A DNA stretch of 64,000 nucleotides from Thermodesulfobacteriota bacterium (lineage in GTDB: Bacteria > Desulfobacterota_D > UBA1144): contig JAYYZJ010000005.1 of NCBI GenBank assembly GCA_036340075.1, forward strand, positions 1 to 64,000, given 5' to 3'. Of the stretch, positions 21,215-31,224 are shown in pieces (positions within the stretch are counted from its first letter, which is position 1; the number at the start of each line of letters is the position of its first letter). The position numbers were made by a program, and so were the translations under genes. The notes under the pieces are model-generated. The model saw nothing but the letters and a program-made list of their open reading frames with translations. It searched no databases and was not told the DNA's origin.

Positions 21215-21476
21215 AATCCCGACACCACTTAGAAGACTAACTGGAGAAAAAGATGAAGTTGAAACATCTGCTGGAAATATATCTGATATGATTTTAGATT
21301 TAGAAAAACAATATCCAGGGATGCAAGAAAGACTATGCGATTCTGATGGGAGCATTAGAAAATTTATCAATATCTATGTAAACGAAGAAGATATAAGATT
21401 TATGGATGCAGAAAAGACTTCTATATCGAATGAAGATACAGTCTCCATAATTCCTGCTATTGCTGGTGGTATTTAA
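21201..21476 (+). CDS. MoaD/ThiS/CysO family ubiquitin-like sulfur carrier
   Basis: [24 protein letters not shown] and C-terminal [18 protein letters not shown] upstream. Confidence 0.92.
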   Translation: MAKVKIPTPLRRLTGEKDEVETSAGNISDMILDLEKQYPGMQERLCDSDGSIRKFINIYVNEEDIRFMDAEKTSISNEDTVSIIPAIAGGI

Positions 21477-22543
21477 TTAAAAAAGTTTTTTATTTTATTT
21501 AAATAATCTGTTATCGGATTAGCTGAATCTTGATCTATTTCTTTTTGAAACTCTTCCATTAATTCTTTTTGTCTAGAATTAATATCTCTAGGAAAAATTA
21601 CATTAAGCTTTACGTAAAGATCTCCAAAGCTGTCAGAATTAAGTCTTCGAATCCCCTTTCCTTTTAATCTCATAATTTGAGCATGTTGAGTACCTGGTGG
21701 AACTTTTATTTCTGACTTTCCATCTAATGTAGGTATGTCAATCTTTCCACCAATAACTGCTTGGGGAATACTAATTGGTACTTCACAAATTATGTTTTCT
21801 CCTTCTCGAGTAAAGAATGGGTGATCTTTGACCACTATATTTACTATCAAATCACCCCTTGGGCCAGAATCAAAGGGAGCATTTCCTTCTTCAGCAATTC
21901 TTAAGGAAATACCTGTATCTACGCCTGACGGAATAGTCACATTAATTGTTTTATTTTCAGTATCTTCTGGAAAAGCTCCAGCTCCACCACATGAACCACA
22001 CGTTCTTTTGTGTTGAAACGGCCCTAGATTCTGAACAACACCACCTGCTCCATTACATGCCTTACAAACATCATAAGTCTTAATTCTTCTTAATTGAATT
22101 TTCTTGTCTACACCTTTTACAGCTTCATCAAACTCTAAGACTACTTCGACTCTTAAGTCGTTATTATTGCTTTTCCTTCTTCCTCCACCACCAAAAAAGT
22201 CCTCAAAAGCTGAGCCTTCAAGTATATCTTCTAAATTGATTGATCCTCCTGGAAAACCTCCACCAGGAAAACCTCCACCAGGGAAACCTCCTCCAGGGAA
22301 ACCTCCTCCTGCGCCCCCACCTTCAAAAGCTGCAGAACCAAATGTATCATATTGCGATCTTTTCTCATTATCTCCTAAGACTTGATATGCTTCATTTATT
22401 TCTTTAAATTTCTCTTCGGCTTTCTTGTCACCTTTGTTCCTATCTGGATGATATTTAAATGCAAGCTTCTTATAAGATTTTTTTATTTCATCATCAGAAG
22501 CATTTTTTGAAACACCTAGTGTAGAATAAAAATCCTTACTCAT
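21473..22543 (-). CDS. dnaJ: DnaJ chaperone with a reduced zinc finger
   Basis: J domain with HPD, G/F region, two CxxCxGxG motifs and a C-terminal substrate-binding domain. Start moved to MSKDFY at 22543. Confidence 0.93.
   Translation of the reverse strand: MSKDFYSTLGVSKNASDDEIKKSYKKLAFKYHPDRNKGDKKAEEKFKEINEAYQVLGDNEKRSQYDTFGSAAFEGGGAGGGFPGGGFPGGGFPGGGFPGGSINLEDILEGSAFEDFFGGGGRRKSNNNDLRVEVVLEFDEAVKGVDKKIQLRRIKTYDVCKACNGAGGVVQNLGPFQHKRTCGSCGGAGAFPEDTENKTINVTIPSGVDTGISLRIAEEGNAPFDSGPRGDLIVNIVVKDHPFFTREGENIICEVPISIPQAVIGGKIDIPTLDGKSEIKVPPGTQHAQIMRLKGKGIRRLNSDSFGDLYVKLNVIFPRDINSRQKELMEEFQKEIDQDSANPITDYLNKIKNFFN
22251..22310. repeat. Four 15 bp tandem repeats encoding (GGGFP)4 in the DnaJ G/F region
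   Basis: Plus strand: ggaaaacctccacca twice, then gggaaacctcctcca and gggaaacctcctcct. Confidence 0.95.
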
Positions 22544-23219
22544 TGTCTGTGCCTTTGCCTGATGAAACAATTACTAATACAGGTCTAAAGAGTTTCTCGT
22601 TAATAAGATAACCTTCCTGAATAATATTTATAATTTTATCTTTAGGTATATCTTCTGATGGGCTAACTTCTATAGCTTCATGAAAAGTTGGATCAAAATC
22701 ATCTCCATTAGAACAGACTATTTTTGTTATATTATTCTTTTCTAGGAATGAATCAAATTCTTTATAGACTGCGGACATTCCTTTATAAAAATCTGTTTCT
22801 TTATTAGCTTCTTTATATAAAATCAGACCTCTTTCGAAATTTCCAATAAATCCTAAGATATCTTTTAGTACAGTTTCCTTAGCGTATGTAGAAGCAGAAG
22901 TTTTTTCTTGTAATGACCTTTTTTTATAATTTTCAAATTCCGCTCCAAGTAATAATAATTTTTCATATACAACTTTCTGCGCTTCTTCCAAATCATCAGT
23001 TAGAGATAGATACTCCTTCAAGTCTTCTTCTTCTTTTAAAAATAAGATTAGTGCTTTTGAAAAATTAGAATCTTTGGGGATATCAAAGGAAAATGATTCG
23101 GAATTATCCTTTGTTGATTCGTTCTTTAATTTTAAAGACTTTAATAAATCAACAATTTCATCTTTAGTTTCAATTTCTTTTTCAAGAACTTCTGAGTTCT
23201 TTTCTTTCTCTGATTCCAT
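22536..23219 (-). CDS. grpE: Nucleotide exchange factor GrpE
   Basis: [17 protein letters not shown] and QEGY....LFRP..V motifs. Confidence 0.92.
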   Translation of the reverse strand: MESEKEKNSEVLEKEIETKDEIVDLLKSLKLKNESTKDNSESFSFDIPKDSNFSKALILFLKEEEDLKEYLSLTDDLEEAQKVVYEKLLLLGAEFENYKKRSLQEKTSASTYAKETVLKDILGFIGNFERGLILYKEANKETDFYKGMSAVYKEFDSFLEKNNITKIVCSNGDDFDPTFHEAIEVSPSEDIPKDKIINIIQEGYLINEKLFRPVLVIVSSGKGTDNE

Positions 23220-23276
23220 ATTGTTCTCAACTGGTATAATTTTTAGTTTTTTTATTTGTGGTACTAAAAATAAGCA

Positions 23277-23522
23277 TTACTGTTGCTTTTTATATTTTTT
23301 ATTGAACTTCTCTATTCTACCAGTAGTCCCACCGGATCTTTCTTTTCCAGAATAAAATGGATGAGATGAGCTAGATATCTCGACTTTTACTAATGGATAT
23401 TCAACACCTTCGTGAGTTATAGTTTCATCAGTCTCAACACTAGAAGAAATTATAAAATTATCATCAGTGGTTATATCTTTAAAAAGAACTTTTCTATAAT
23501 TTGGGTGAATATCCTTTTTCAT
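23277..23522 (-). CDS. rpmE2: 50S ribosomal protein L31 type B (cysteine-free)
   Basis: MKKDIHPNYRKVLFKD, YPLVKVEISSSSHPFYSG and GRIEKFNKKY. No cysteines. Confidence 0.95.
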   Translation of the reverse strand: MKKDIHPNYRKVLFKDITTDDNFIISSSVETDETITHEGVEYPLVKVEISSSSHPFYSGKERSGGTTGRIEKFNKKYKKQQ

Positions 23523-23558
23523 AGGTGAAAATACTAACAGCTCAATAAAAATTTACAA

Positions 23559-25475
23559 CTATTTATCAGTAAACTCTGCATCAACTACATCATCTTTGTT
23601 ATTATCATTGTCTTTTTTATCTTTACTTTTATCTTCTGATGCTTCAGTTTCAGCTTGCTTGTTTGCCTCCTTATACATTTTCTCAGCTAAAGTATGTGAA
23701 ACTTTTGTTAATTCTTCTGATGCTGCTTTAAGCTCGTCAACACTTACTGAATTTAATGATTCTTTCGCTTTGGTAACAGCATCTTCAATTTCTTTCTTTT
23801 CAGCTTCATCTATTTTGTCAGAATTCTCTGATAGTGTTTTTTCTGTTGCATATACAAGCTGATCAAGATTATTTCTTTCTGAAATCAAATCTTTTTTCTT
23901 TTCATCTTCCTCAGATTTTGATTCTGCATCTTTGACCATGTTATCTATTTCTTCATCAGAGAGGCCAGATGAAGCTTCAACTTTTATTTTTTGTTCTTTA
24001 TTTGTAGCCTTATCAAGGGCAGAAACATTTAAAATACCAGATGAATCAATATCAAAAGTTACCTCAATTTGAGGAATACCTCTTGGTGCAGGAGTAATTC
24101 CATCCAAAATAAACTTTGCTAGAGTTCTATTATCAGCTGCTATAGATCTTTCACCTTGAGTAACATGAATTTCAACGCTTGGTTGATTATCTTGTGCTGT
24201 ACTGAATATTTGACTTTGTTTAGTTGGTATTGTCGTATTCCTAGAAATTATAGGTGTATTTACTCCCCCAAGTGTTTCTATTCCTAAAGATAGAGGGGTT
24301 ACATCAAGTAGTAAAACATCTTTAACGTCTCCACTTAAAACTGCACCTTGTATCGCTGCACCAAGTGCAACAACTTCATCAGGATTAATACCTTTATTTG
24401 GCTCTTTACCAAAGAAATCTGTAACTGTTTGCTGTACCAAAGGTATCCTAGTAGATCCTCCAACTAAAATTACTTCATTAATCTCTGAGGGTTTAAGACC
24501 CGCATCTTTTAGAGCATTTTTACATGGCTCCAATGATGATTTCACTTTTAAATCAATTATTTGCTCTAATTTAGATCTAGACAATTTCACTAAAAGATGT
24601 TTTGGTCCATTTTGGTCAGCAGTAATAAAGGGTAGATTAACTTCGGTTTCCATAGAAGATGACAATTCAATTTTAGCTTTTTCAGCTCCCTCTCTTAATC
24701 TTTGGAGTGCCATTTTATCTGAAGTTAAATCAACTCCATTCTCTTTTTTAAATTCAGATGCTAAGTAATCAATTATCAATCTATCAAAATCGTCACCACC
24801 TAAAGATGTGTCTCCATTAGTAGATTTAACTTCGATAACACTTTCACCTTCCTGTTCTCCTACTTCGAGTATAGATATATCAAAAGTCCCTCCACCTAAA
24901 TCGTATACGGCTATTAATCCATCCTTTTTCTTATCAAATCCATAAGCTAAAGCTGCAGCGGTTGGTTCATTAATAATTCTATCAACATTTAATCCAGCAA
25001 TTTTTCCAGCATCTATAGTAGCTTGTCTTTGGCTATCATTAAAATAAGCAGGTACTGTAACTACCGCATCAGTAATTTTAGTTCCTATATGGGACTCAGC
25101 TGCTGTTTTAAGTTTGGTTAATACATTTGCTGAAATTTGTGGGGGTGAATATTCTTTATCATCAATCTTTATCCAAGCATCTCCATTGCTATTTTTTACC
25201 ACTTCATAAGGGAGAACTTTTCTATCTTCGGCTGTCTCTTCAAATCTTCTTCCTATAAGTCTCTTTGCTGAATATACAGTTCTTTCAGGATTTACTACTG
25301 CTTGCCTTTTTGCCGGCTCTCCAACTAATATTTCATTATCCTTTTGTGTGAAACTCACGACAGATGGGGTAGTCCTGTTCCCTTCCTCGTTGATAATAAC
25401 TTTAGGCTCATTAGATTCTACTATTGCTACACATGAATTAGTTGTTCCTAGGTCAATTCCTATCACTTTTCCCAT
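23559..25475 (-). CDS. dnaK: Chaperone DnaK
   Basis: [27 protein letters not shown] and C-terminal DVVDAEF. Confidence 0.99.
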   Translation of the reverse strand: MGKVIGIDLGTTNSCVAIVESNEPKVIINEEGNRTTPSVVSFTQKDNEILVGEPAKRQAVVNPERTVYSAKRLIGRRFEETAEDRKVLPYEVVKNSNGDAWIKIDDKEYSPPQISANVLTKLKTAAESHIGTKITDAVVTVPAYFNDSQRQATIDAGKIAGLNVDRIINEPTAAALAYGFDKKKDGLIAVYDLGGGTFDISILEVGEQEGESVIEVKSTNGDTSLGGDDFDRLIIDYLASEFKKENGVDLTSDKMALQRLREGAEKAKIELSSSMETEVNLPFITADQNGPKHLLVKLSRSKLEQIIDLKVKSSLEPCKNALKDAGLKPSEINEVILVGGSTRIPLVQQTVTDFFGKEPNKGINPDEVVALGAAIQGAVLSGDVKDVLLLDVTPLSLGIETLGGVNTPIISRNTTIPTKQSQIFSTAQDNQPSVEIHVTQGERSIAADNRTLAKFILDGITPAPRGIPQIEVTFDIDSSGILNVSALDKATNKEQKIKVEASSGLSDEEIDNMVKDAESKSEEDEKKKDLISERNNLDQLVYATEKTLSENSDKIDEAEKKEIEDAVTKAKESLNSVSVDELKAASEELTKVSHTLAEKMYKEANKQAETEASEDKSKDKKDNDNNKDDVVDAEFTDK

Positions 25476-25506
25476 TAAAATACACCTCTTCTATCAATTT
25501 ACCTAG

Positions 25507-25534
25507 AAGCTAATCATTAATAATCGGATGTCAA
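25507..25534 (-). promoter_or_regulatory. Probable sigma70-type promoter of dnaK
   Basis: Minus-strand TTGACA (25534-25529), 16 nt spacer, then TAGCTT. SD AGAGGTG before the ATG. Confidence 0.45.
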
Positions 25535-25537
25535 GGG

Positions 25538-26695
25538 TTAAATTAGACTAACAACTGTTGTAGCAGCTTCTTTCATTGTGGTTGCAGCTGTAATATTTAA
25601 GTCAGATTCTTCTAAAATCTTCTTTCCTAATTCAACATTAGTCCCTTCGAGTCTAACGACTAAGGGTACTTCTATTCCTACTTCTTTTGCCGCAGTTATA
25701 ATTCCTTCAGCGATTGTATCACACTTCATGATTCCACCAAAAATATTAACGAGAATTGCTTTAACATTTGAATCGCTAAGTATCATTTTAAATGCTTGGG
25801 TAACTTGCTCAACAGATGCACCACCCCCAACATCTAAAAAGTTTGCTGGTTCTGCACCATGATGTTTGATAATGTCCATAGTTGCCATTGCAAGTCCAGC
25901 ACCATTAACAAGACATCCTATATTTCCATCCAATTTAACAAAGCTAAAATCCCATTTCTTTGCTTCTAACTCTGAAGGTTCTTCCTCTGTTGGATCATGT
26001 AATTCGTCATATTCTTTATGTCTAAATGCTGCATTATCATCAAAGTTAATCTTGGCATCAAGTGCTTTAACAAGATTGTCTTCTGTAATAATTAATGGAT
26101 TAACTTCTACTAGTGCACAATCCATATGAGTAAATAAATTATACATTCCGTTAATTATTCCATTTAACTGCTTAGTTTGATCCTTGTCAAAACCAAGAAA
26201 ATATGCAATTTTCCTTATATGAAAAGGCTGGATTCCGGTTACTGGATCAATTGGTTGAGTTAATAACTTTTCCGGTTCTTCTTCTGCCACCTTTTCTATA
26301 TCAACACCACCTTCAGGACTAGCTATTATTACATTTTTTTCAGACTTTCTGTCTGTAACGAAAGAAAGATAAAATTCTTTTTTTATTGTTGATGCTTCTT
26401 CAACATAAACTTTGTTAACCACCTTGCCTTCTGGGCCAGTTTGATGAGTTACTAAAGTCATTCCCAACATCCTTGCAACTTCTTCTTTGACTTCACTAGA
26501 TGAGCTGACAAGCTTAACACCTCCCGCTTTACCTCTTCCACCTGCATGAATTTGTGCTTTTACAACGTATTCATTTGCTTCAATTGATTTTGCATAATTT
26601 TCAGCTTCTTCTGCATTTTCAAAAACTTCACCTTTTGAAGTAGTGATATTAAATTTTCTAAATAAATCTTTAGCTTGATATTCGTGAATATTCAT
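25538..26695 (-). CDS. sucC: Succinyl-CoA ligase beta subunit
   Basis: MNIHEYQAK start at 26695 (ATGA overlap with sdhB), KAQIHAGGRGKAGGV, NGAGLAMATMD and NFLDVGG. Confidence 0.98.
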   Translation of the reverse strand: MNIHEYQAKDLFRKFNITTSKGEVFENAEEAENYAKSIEANEYVVKAQIHAGGRGKAGGVKLVSSSSEVKEEVARMLGMTLVTHQTGPEGKVVNKVYVEEASTIKKEFYLSFVTDRKSEKNVIIASPEGGVDIEKVAEEEPEKLLTQPIDPVTGIQPFHIRKIAYFLGFDKDQTKQLNGIINGMYNLFTHMDCALVEVNPLIITEDNLVKALDAKINFDDNAAFRHKEYDELHDPTEEEPSELEAKKWDFSFVKLDGNIGCLVNGAGLAMATMDIIKHHGAEPANFLDVGGGASVEQVTQAFKMILSDSNVKAILVNIFGGIMKCDTIAEGIITAAKEVGIEVPLVVRLEGTNVELGKKILEESDLNITAATTMKEAATTVVSLI

Positions 26696-27450
26696 TTGGC
26701 AACCTCTTTTTTGAAAAATTTTCTCCAAATCCAAAGAATTGGATCAAAATAACGATCAACAACTCTTTCTTTAACTGGAATAATAGCATTATCTGTAATT
26801 TGAATATGCTCAGGACAAACATTAGTACAACACCTGGTAATGTTACACATTCCTGATCCATGTTCTTCTTTTGCTGTAGGTATTCTATCTTCTGAATCTA
26901 AAGGATGCATATCTAATCCTGCGATTCTTAGCATAAACCTAGGACCAACAAACTTATCTTTTTTACCATGGTCTCTTAAAACATGACAAACATTTTGGCA
27001 GAGATAACATTCGATACATTTTCTAAATTCTTGAATTCTATCAACATCTTGTTGCATCATTACATAATCACCATTCTCATTTTTTAATTTAGGATCTGGT
27101 GTGAATGGAGTAATTTTTTTATTTTGCTCATAGTTCCAGGAAACATCTGTTACAAGGTCTTTTATAATTGGAAATGTCCTAATTGGTCTTACATATATAG
27201 TATCTTCAGGGCTATATTCATTCATTCTTGTCATACATGAAAGCTTGGGCTTTCCATTTATTTCTACACTACAAGAGCCACACTTCCCTGCCTTACAGTT
27301 CCATCTAACAGCTAAGTCACCAGCTTGTTCGGCTTGAATACGATGTATAACATCTAATACAACCATACCTTTGTCTACTTCAATTTTGTACTCTTCCATC
27401 TTTCCACCTGATTTATCCCCTCTGTACAATCTGAAATTTCTAATAGCCAT
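26692..27450 (-). CDS. sdhB: Succinate dehydrogenase iron-sulfur subunit (actinobacterial Sdh1-like)
   Basis: WNCKAGKCGSC, CIECYLCQNVC and CNITRCCTNVCP cluster motifs. Confidence 0.95.
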   Translation of the reverse strand: MAIRNFRLYRGDKSGGKMEEYKIEVDKGMVVLDVIHRIQAEQAGDLAVRWNCKAGKCGSCSVEINGKPKLSCMTRMNEYSPEDTIYVRPIRTFPIIKDLVTDVSWNYEQNKKITPFTPDPKLKNENGDYVMMQQDVDRIQEFRKCIECYLCQNVCHVLRDHGKKDKFVGPRFMLRIAGLDMHPLDSEDRIPTAKEEHGSGMCNITRCCTNVCPEHIQITDNAIIPVKERVVDRYFDPILWIWRKFFKKEVAK

Positions 27451-27453
27451 TAT

Positions 27454-29304
27454 TTACCCCTTCTTTAATCTATCATTAAGAACTTCTTTGTCTAATTCTT
27501 CTATTGTTGAGTTAGCTATCCTCTCTAAATCTGGATCTGCTTTAATTCTTTGAATTTTTTCTGTTTTCATTGAACCATCAGAATTCTTACTGACAACAAC
27601 ATTGTATTGCAACCATTCGTCCCTTTCTCCTGGACAATCTATTCTAGTATGAGCTCCTCTACTTTCTTCTCTTAATAAGGCTGATTGAGCAACAGCTTCA
27701 GCAGTAATAATAAGATTTTTGAGAGACAAAGCTTCATGCCAGCCCGGATTAAATTGACACGCACCATCGGCTTTAACATCTTTATACTTTTCTTTAAAAT
27801 CTTGCAATTGTTGTATACCTGTTTTTAATAATTCATCTGAACGAACAATTCCTACATTGTCTTGCATAGCTTCTTGTAATTCCTCATGCAGCAAATAAGG
27901 ATTTACTCCTGTGTCTCTATTTAGTATATCTGTAGCATTACGAATGCTTTGTTTTACTTGATCATTGTCAATTATTGGAGAGCTGGATAAATTATTTATA
28001 TAATTCCCTGCTCCATCTCCAGCCAATTTACCAAAAACTAGAAGGTCTGATAAAGAATTACCTCCTAATCTATTTGCTCCGTGCATACCGCCAGAAGCTT
28101 CACCACAAGCAAAAAGACCTTCCACCTTTGACATTTGAGTATCTGGGTCAACTTTAATTCCCCCCATAAAATAATGCAAAGTTGGTCCAACTTCCATAGG
28201 ATCTTTGGTGATATCTAATTCTGCTAAAACCTTAAATTGATGATACATTGAAGGGAGTTTCTTTTTTATATCTTCTGCGCTTCTCTGGCTGGCTATATCT
28301 AAGAAAGCTCCGCCATGAGGTGATCCTCTTTCCGCCTTTACTTCCGCTCTAATTGCTCGTGCAACAACATCTCTAGTTAAAAGTTCAGGTGGTCTTCTTG
28401 CACTTTTATCTCCAGAAACAAATCTAGCAGCCTCTTCTTCTGTATCAGCAGTTTCTGAAGCAAAAGTTTCTGGAACGTTATCAAACATAAATCTTCTACC
28501 TTGATTGTTAACTAATATTCCACCTTCTCCTCTTACTCCTTCAGTAACTAAAGTGCCACGAACTGAAGGTGGCCAGACCATACCAGTAGGATGAAATTGA
28601 GTAAATTCCATATCCATCAATTCTGCACCTGCATCATATGCCATTGCATATCCGTCTCCAGTATATTCCCAAGAATTTGATGTTATTTTCCATGCCTTTC
28701 CACCGCCGCCGGTTGCCATAATAACAGCTTTTGCTTTAAAAATTATGAAATCTCCACTATCTCTCCAAATTGCCACCATACCGGAAACTTTGTTTCCATC
28801 TTTCAATAAATCTAACCCGGTACATTCCATATATATATCTATACCTTGATGAACACCGTAATCTTGAAGTGTTCTAATAATCTCCAAACCTGTTCTATCT
28901 CCAACATGTGCCAAACGAGGATATCTATGTCCACCAAAATTTCTTTGATTAATTAATCCATCTTTAGTTCTATCGAAAACTGCGCCCCACTCTTCAAGTT
29001 CACGTATTCGACTTGGTGCTTGTTTTGCATGAAGCTCGGCCATTCTCCATGTATTAAGGAATTTTCCTCCACGCATTGTATCTCTAAAATGAACTTTCCA
29101 ATCGTCTCTTTCATCAACATTAGATAATGATGCAGCTACACCACCTTCAGCCATAACTGTATGAGCTTTTCCTAAAAGGGATTTGCAAATTAGTCCTGTA
29201 CTTAATCCTTTTGATGAACACTCAATTGCTGCTCTAAGACCAGCACCACCTGCTCCAACTACAATAACATCATGCTCTATTAATTTAATTCCATCTAAAT
29301 CCAT
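27454..29304 (-). CDS. sdhA: Succinate dehydrogenase flavoprotein subunit
   Basis: GAGGAG, KAHTVMAEGG (covalent FAD histidine), QFHPTG, HGANRLGGNSL and ESRGAH. ATG at 29304 with a GGGGA SD. Confidence 0.96.
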   Translation of the reverse strand: MDLDGIKLIEHDVIVVGAGGAGLRAAIECSSKGLSTGLICKSLLGKAHTVMAEGGVAASLSNVDERDDWKVHFRDTMRGGKFLNTWRMAELHAKQAPSRIRELEEWGAVFDRTKDGLINQRNFGGHRYPRLAHVGDRTGLEIIRTLQDYGVHQGIDIYMECTGLDLLKDGNKVSGMVAIWRDSGDFIIFKAKAVIMATGGGGKAWKITSNSWEYTGDGYAMAYDAGAELMDMEFTQFHPTGMVWPPSVRGTLVTEGVRGEGGILVNNQGRRFMFDNVPETFASETADTEEEAARFVSGDKSARRPPELLTRDVVARAIRAEVKAERGSPHGGAFLDIASQRSAEDIKKKLPSMYHQFKVLAELDITKDPMEVGPTLHYFMGGIKVDPDTQMSKVEGLFACGEASGGMHGANRLGGNSLSDLLVFGKLAGDGAGNYINNLSSSPIIDNDQVKQSIRNATDILNRDTGVNPYLLHEELQEAMQDNVGIVRSDELLKTGIQQLQDFKEKYKDVKADGACQFNPGWHEALSLKNLIITAEAVAQSALLREESRGAHTRIDCPGERDEWLQYNVVVSKNSDGSMKTEKIQRIKADPDLERIANSTIEELDKEVLNDRLKKG

Positions 29305-29306
29305 AA

Positions 29307-30155
29307 TTAATATCCCCAAGTGTTGTAATCAACCCAACTTCCATTTGCCACCATTCGTACATAAATATCTGCAAAAGCTACCCATATCATGCTAATCCAT
29401 GCCCATAGCTGATGTCTTCCATTGAGCCATGAAACTCCCTGCCAAATTCTATAATTAAGGGTTGGTTTTCCTTTAGGACAAGTATAGCAATCTTGACCAC
29501 CTCCAATTACATGTCTAAAGGCATGGCATCCAAAAGTATATCCAGCCAATAGAATTGGATTCAATAGCAAAACAATTGTTCCAACTCCAATCCCAAACTC
29601 ACCATTTCTAAAAAAAGCAAGGAATGCATCATAAGTTAAAATAAAAATAAAAAGTAGTGCGATATACATTGTGTATCTATGAAGATTTTGAAAAAGAAAC
29701 AAATTAGTTTCGCCCTTATAGTCTTCTTGCCCTATTCCTTGTACTGCACAAGCAGGAGGTGCCATAAAATAAGCGCGGTAATAAAATTTTCTGTAGTAAT
29801 AACAAGTTAATCTAAAAGAAAGTGGACCAAACAAAATAAAAATAGCTGGAGATGCTGGAATTAAATTAGGCCACCAAGTAGGCCATGATCCAAGCAAGCT
29901 ATGACTTAATGGAGCAGACCCTAGTGCCGTTGGATCTATAAAAACAAGTGGTGAGTAAAAAGGAGATAGGTATCCTCCAAAACCTTGTGCTCCTGCGCTC
30001 CACCAATAATAGTCAGCCTGAAATACCGCCCATGTTGTGTATATAACAAAAGCAAAGAAACCTAAACCTGTCCATAGTGGTTCAATCCACCAGTTGTCCA
30101 GTCTGTTTGTTGTACCTAATCTGATAGTACCTGAAGCATTTTTAATTTCGGCCAT
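29307..30155 (-). CDS. Succinate dehydrogenase membrane anchor (Rv0249c-like)
   Basis: Multi-TM protein upstream of sdhA with YLSPFYSP, RLTCYYYRK.YYR.YF..PPACAV, QNLHRY and YTFGCHAFRH. Confidence 0.85.
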   Translation of the reverse strand: MAEIKNASGTIRLGTTNRLDNWWIEPLWTGLGFFAFVIYTTWAVFQADYYWWSAGAQGFGGYLSPFYSPLVFIDPTALGSAPLSHSLLGSWPTWWPNLIPASPAIFILFGPLSFRLTCYYYRKFYYRAYFMAPPACAVQGIGQEDYKGETNLFLFQNLHRYTMYIALLFIFILTYDAFLAFFRNGEFGIGVGTIVLLLNPILLAGYTFGCHAFRHVIGGGQDCYTCPKGKPTLNYRIWQGVSWLNGRHQLWAWISMIWVAFADIYVRMVANGSWVDYNTWGY

Positions 30156-30243
30156 TATAAAACTCCAAATTAAATCTTAGACTTTACGAAAAAGATTAAC
30201 CTCTATTATAACTGAATTGATTAAAAGGTTATTATAAAACATT

Positions 30244-31188
30244 TTATATTATTTTGAGATTATCAATAAGATTACAAAGGTCTTTTACGTGAGAAGCCGA
30301 TACAGCCAATTCTTTCTTCTCGTCTTCAGACATACTTACTTCAACAATCTTTTCTACTCCTTTAGAAGATAAAACAGCTGGCAGACCAAGGAACTGATTC
30401 TTGATTCCATATTCACCATCTGCAAAAACACATGTAGGTAGCAATTTCTTTTGGTCTTTTAAAATTGATTCGGCCATATCAATAGCTGAAACCCCTGGAG
30501 CATAAAACGCGCTCCCAGTTTTTAGAAGTTTCACAATCTCTGCTCCTCCATCTCGAGTACGCTGAATAATCTCATCAAGCTTTTTATTTTTAATTAATTG
30601 AGAGATAGGGATTCCTGATACTGAAGTGTAATCTTTAAGAGGAACCATATCATCTCCGTGTCCCCCTAAAACCAATGCACTAATATTAGATGCAGCAACA
30701 TCTAATTCCATTGAAAGAAAAGCTTTAAATCTAGCAGTATCAAGCACTCCAGCCATCCCCATAACTCTTTCCTTTGGGAAATTACTTACTTTGTAAGAGA
30801 CATAGGTCATCGCATCTAGAGGATTAGTTACTACTATTAATATTGTATTTGGGGAATTCTCAACAACCTTTTCTGTTACTTCTTTAATAATTTTAGTGTT
30901 AGTTGTAATTAAGTCATCTCTGCTCATACCAGGTTTTCTAGCAAGACCAGAAGTAATAATTACTAAATCTGAATTTTTAGTATCTGAATAATTATTCGTT
31001 CCAATGATTTTAGAAGAAGATCCTGAAACAGATAGCATTTGGGTTAAATCTAAAGCTTTTCCTTGTGGCAGACCTTCTACTATATCAAGTAAAACTACAT
31101 CTGATAAATTTAATTCTAAAGCTCTATATGCAGCAGAGGCACCAACATTACCTGCACCAATAATTGATATCTTTGGAAGATTTGACAA
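30244..31188 (-). CDS. mdh: Malate dehydrogenase (LDH-like)
   Basis: GAGNVG, ARKPGMSRDDL, VTNPLD, GGHGD and GSAFYAP. TTG start. Confidence 0.97.
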   Translation of the reverse strand: MSNLPKISIIGAGNVGASAAYRALELNLSDVVLLDIVEGLPQGKALDLTQMLSVSGSSSKIIGTNNYSDTKNSDLVIITSGLARKPGMSRDDLITTNTKIIKEVTEKVVENSPNTILIVVTNPLDAMTYVSYKVSNFPKERVMGMAGVLDTARFKAFLSMELDVAASNISALVLGGHGDDMVPLKDYTSVSGIPISQLIKNKKLDEIIQRTRDGGAEIVKLLKTGSAFYAPGVSAIDMAESILKDQKKLLPTCVFADGEYGIKNQFLGLPAVLSSKGVEKIVEVSMSEDEKKELAVSASHVKDLCNLIDNLKII

Positions 31189-31224
31189 TTAATTAAAGAA
31201 CCCCCGTTCAACATAGATTGTATT

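Noticed and set aside
22251..22310. 15 bp repeats as a CRISPR or mobile-element repeat
   Set aside because: There are no spacers, the repeats are in frame, and they vary only at synonymous positions. This is a coding repeat in dnaJ.
25476..25537. CIRCE element upstream of dnaK
   Set aside because: No TTAGCACTC-N9-GAGTGCTAA inverted repeat is present.
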